64,000 nt of DNA. Origin: an uncultured Erythrobacter sp. GTDB taxonomy: Bacteria > Pseudomonadota > Alphaproteobacteria > Sphingomonadales > Sphingomonadaceae. Where the stretch lies: assembly GCA_947488325.1 (NCBI GenBank), contig CANKYZ010000002.1, forward strand, positions 523,120-587,119, given 5' to 3'. Numbering within the stretch: position 1 is the stretch's first letter; each line of letters opens with the position of its first letter. This document shows positions 62,256 to 64,000 of the stretch, one piece after another. The position numbers and the translations under genes are program-made. The notes beneath the pieces were generated by a model. That model did no database searches, had not been told where the DNA came from, and saw only the letters and a list, made by a program, of their open reading frames with translations.

Positions 62256-62260
62256 TCGGC

Positions 62261-62572
62261 TTACGCCAGTTTGATCTCTACATTCACGCCAGCAGCCAGA
62301 TCGAGCTTCATCAGCGCGTCGACCGTCTGGGCGTTTGGCTGAACAATGTCCAGCAAACGCTTATAAGTGCGCACCTCAAACTGCTCGCGCGACTTTTTGT
62401 CGATATGCGGGCCGCGGTTCACGGTGAACTTCTCAATGCGCGTCGGCATGGGAATGGGACCACGAATTAGAGCACCTGTACGACGAGCCGTGTCAGCAAT
62501 CTCACCAGTGGCCTGATCGAGAACGCGGTGGTCAAACGCCTTAAGGCGAATACGGATATTCTGTGCTTCCAT
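62261..62572 (-). CDS. rpsJ: 30S ribosomal protein S10
   Basis: [29 protein letters not shown]. Confidence 0.98.
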   Translation of the reverse strand: MEAQNIRIRLKAFDHRVLDQATGEIADTARRTGALIRGPIPMPTRIEKFTVNRGPHIDKKSREQFEVRTYKRLLDIVQPNAQTVDALMKLDLAAGVNVEIKLA

Positions 62573-62835
62573 TACCTATTACCGATGCGAAAGAGCCAAG
62601 GAAGCGCCCCAAAGGCGAGACATTTCCCAAAAATAAAGGCCCGCCCAAAAACCCGGATAACCGGAACGGGAGGCCCCATGAATTTCGTAACAACGGAAAC
62701 GAATCCCGTTGGCTTGGCGCGCGTATACGTTTGGGTTGGGATTCTGGCAACCCCGAACCGTCATGTAATTTGCACCGACCGAACAAAGCCGGCCTGACCA
62801 CCCTCCCCGCCACAGCGAGAAAATTGGCCTCACAT

Positions 62836-62877
62836 AAATTGGGGTCCGGCTCTCTGTTAAGAACCGGACCCCAATTT
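62836..62877 (-). terminator. Terminator hairpin after tuf
   Basis: aaattggggtccgg...ccggaccccaattt, a 14-bp stem. Confidence 0.75.
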
Positions 62878-62902
62878 GTTGCCTGCCTTACGGGCTAGCG
62901 GT

Positions 62903-64000
62903 TTACTTGGTGATCTTCGAGACCACGCCGGAGCCAACGGTGCGGCCGCCTTCGCGAATAGCGAAACGCAGACCTTCATCCATAGCGATCGGAGCAATCA
63001 GCTTTACGCCGATAGTCACGTTGTCGCCTGGCATAACCATTTCAGTGCCTTCAGGAAGGATCACTTCGCCGGTCACGTCAGTGGTGCGGAAGTAGAACTG
63101 TGGACGATAGTTGGCGAAGAATGGCGTGTGACGGCCGCCTTCGTCCTTCGAAAGCACGTATACTTCTGCGCTGAATTCGGTGTGCGGATTAACCGAACCC
63201 GGCTTCGCAAGAACCTGACCGCGCTCAACGTCTTCACGGCCAACGCCGCGAACCAGCGCACCAATGTTGTCACCAGCTTCACCGCGATCAAGCAGCTTAC
63301 GGAACATTTCAACACCAGTAACAGTCGTTTTGCCAGTATCTTTGATACCCACGATTTCAACTTCGTCGCCGACATTCACAACGCCGGTTTCGACACGGCC
63401 AGTAACAACTGTACCGCGACCCGAGATCGAGAACACGTCTTCGATCGGCATCAGGAAGTCTTTGTCGACTGGACGTTCAGGCTGCGGGATGTGCGCATCA
63501 ACTGAATCCATCAAAGCCTTGATCGAGTTGGCACCGATTTCTTCATCGCGGCCTTCAAGAGCAGCAAGAGCCGAACCCTTAGTGATAGCGATGTTGTCAC
63601 CGTCAAAACCATACTCGGTCAGAAGTTCACGAACTTCCAGTTCGACGAGCTCGAGGATTTCCTCATCGTCAACCTGGTCAACTTTGTTCATGTAAACGAC
63701 CAACGCAGGAACGCCGACCTGACGAGCAAGCAAGATGTGCTCGCGTGTCTGAGGCATTGGACCATCGGCCGCGTTAACAACCAAGATAGCGCCATCCATC
63801 TGCGCCGCACCAGTGATCATGTTTTTCACATAGTCAGCGTGACCTGGGCAATCGACGTGTGCGTAGTGACGCGCAGCGGTTTCATATTCAACATGTGCCG
63901 TTGAAATAGTGATACCGCGCTCACGCTCTTCAGGCGCTTTGTCGATGTTTGCAAAGTCAACGGCTTCGCCGCCTGATGCCTCAGCCATCACTTTGGTGAT
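62903..64000 (-). CDS. tuf: Elongation factor Tu (5'-truncated by the window edge)
   Basis: [48 protein letters not shown]. Confidence 0.99.
   Translation of the reverse strand: MTKVMAEASGGEAVDFANIDKAPEERERGITISTAHVEYETAARHYAHVDCPGHADYVKNMITGAAQMDGAILVVNAADGPMPQTREHILLARQVGVPALVVYMNKVDQVDDEEILELVELEVRELLTEYGFDGDNIAITKGSALAALEGRDEEIGANSIKALMDSVDAHIPQPERPVDKDFLMPIEDVFSISGRGTVVTGRVETGVVNVGDEVEIVGIKDTGKTTVTGVEMFRKLLDRGEAGDNIGALVRGVGREDVERGQVLAKPGSVNPHTEFSAEVYVLSKDEGGRHTPFFANYRPQFYFRTTDVTGEVILPEGTEMVMPGDNVTIGVKLIAPIAMDEGLRFAIREGGRTVGSGVVSKITK

Overview
Chromosomal segment of an alphaproteobacterium, very likely Erythrobacteraceae (Sphingomonadales), inferred from gene content, gene order and protein style. 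From left to right: (1) an envelope/redox/lipid cluster (surface-antigen-like protein, ClpP/crotonase-like periplasmic protein, methyltransferase, MOSC, SDR, cytochrome b plus Mo-oxidoreductase, two tandem cfa-type methyltransferases, acyltransferase, argG); (2) a ~920-bp ORF-poor argG-rlpA spacer whose distal ~460 nt folds into an elaborate multi-helix structure behind an alpha-type RpoD promoter, the best candidate for an undescribed large non-coding RNA; (3) rlpA, an HTH gene with covarying palindromic repeats, and uvrA with an alpha-type LexA box; (4) a lower-GC islet encoding a large lipoprotein and a small ORF, then a ToxR/CadC-like wHTH-TM-TPR regulator divergent from a UrcA-family gene; (5) a BtuCDF-like ABC transporter, a cell-wall hydrolase and a GGDEF-EAL protein; (6) the mdh-sucD-sucA-sucB-lpdA cluster, lacking sucC and carrying small inserted genes; (7) hydrolases and secreted paralogues; (8) the alpha, spc and S10 ribosomal-protein clusters and partial tuf on the minus strand, with a structured rpsJ-rplC spacer and a secreted-protein gene inserted between rpmD and rplO. 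No rRNA, tRNA, CRISPR array, transposase or integrase was seen. All family calls come from motif recognition by eye; no database search or folding program was run.
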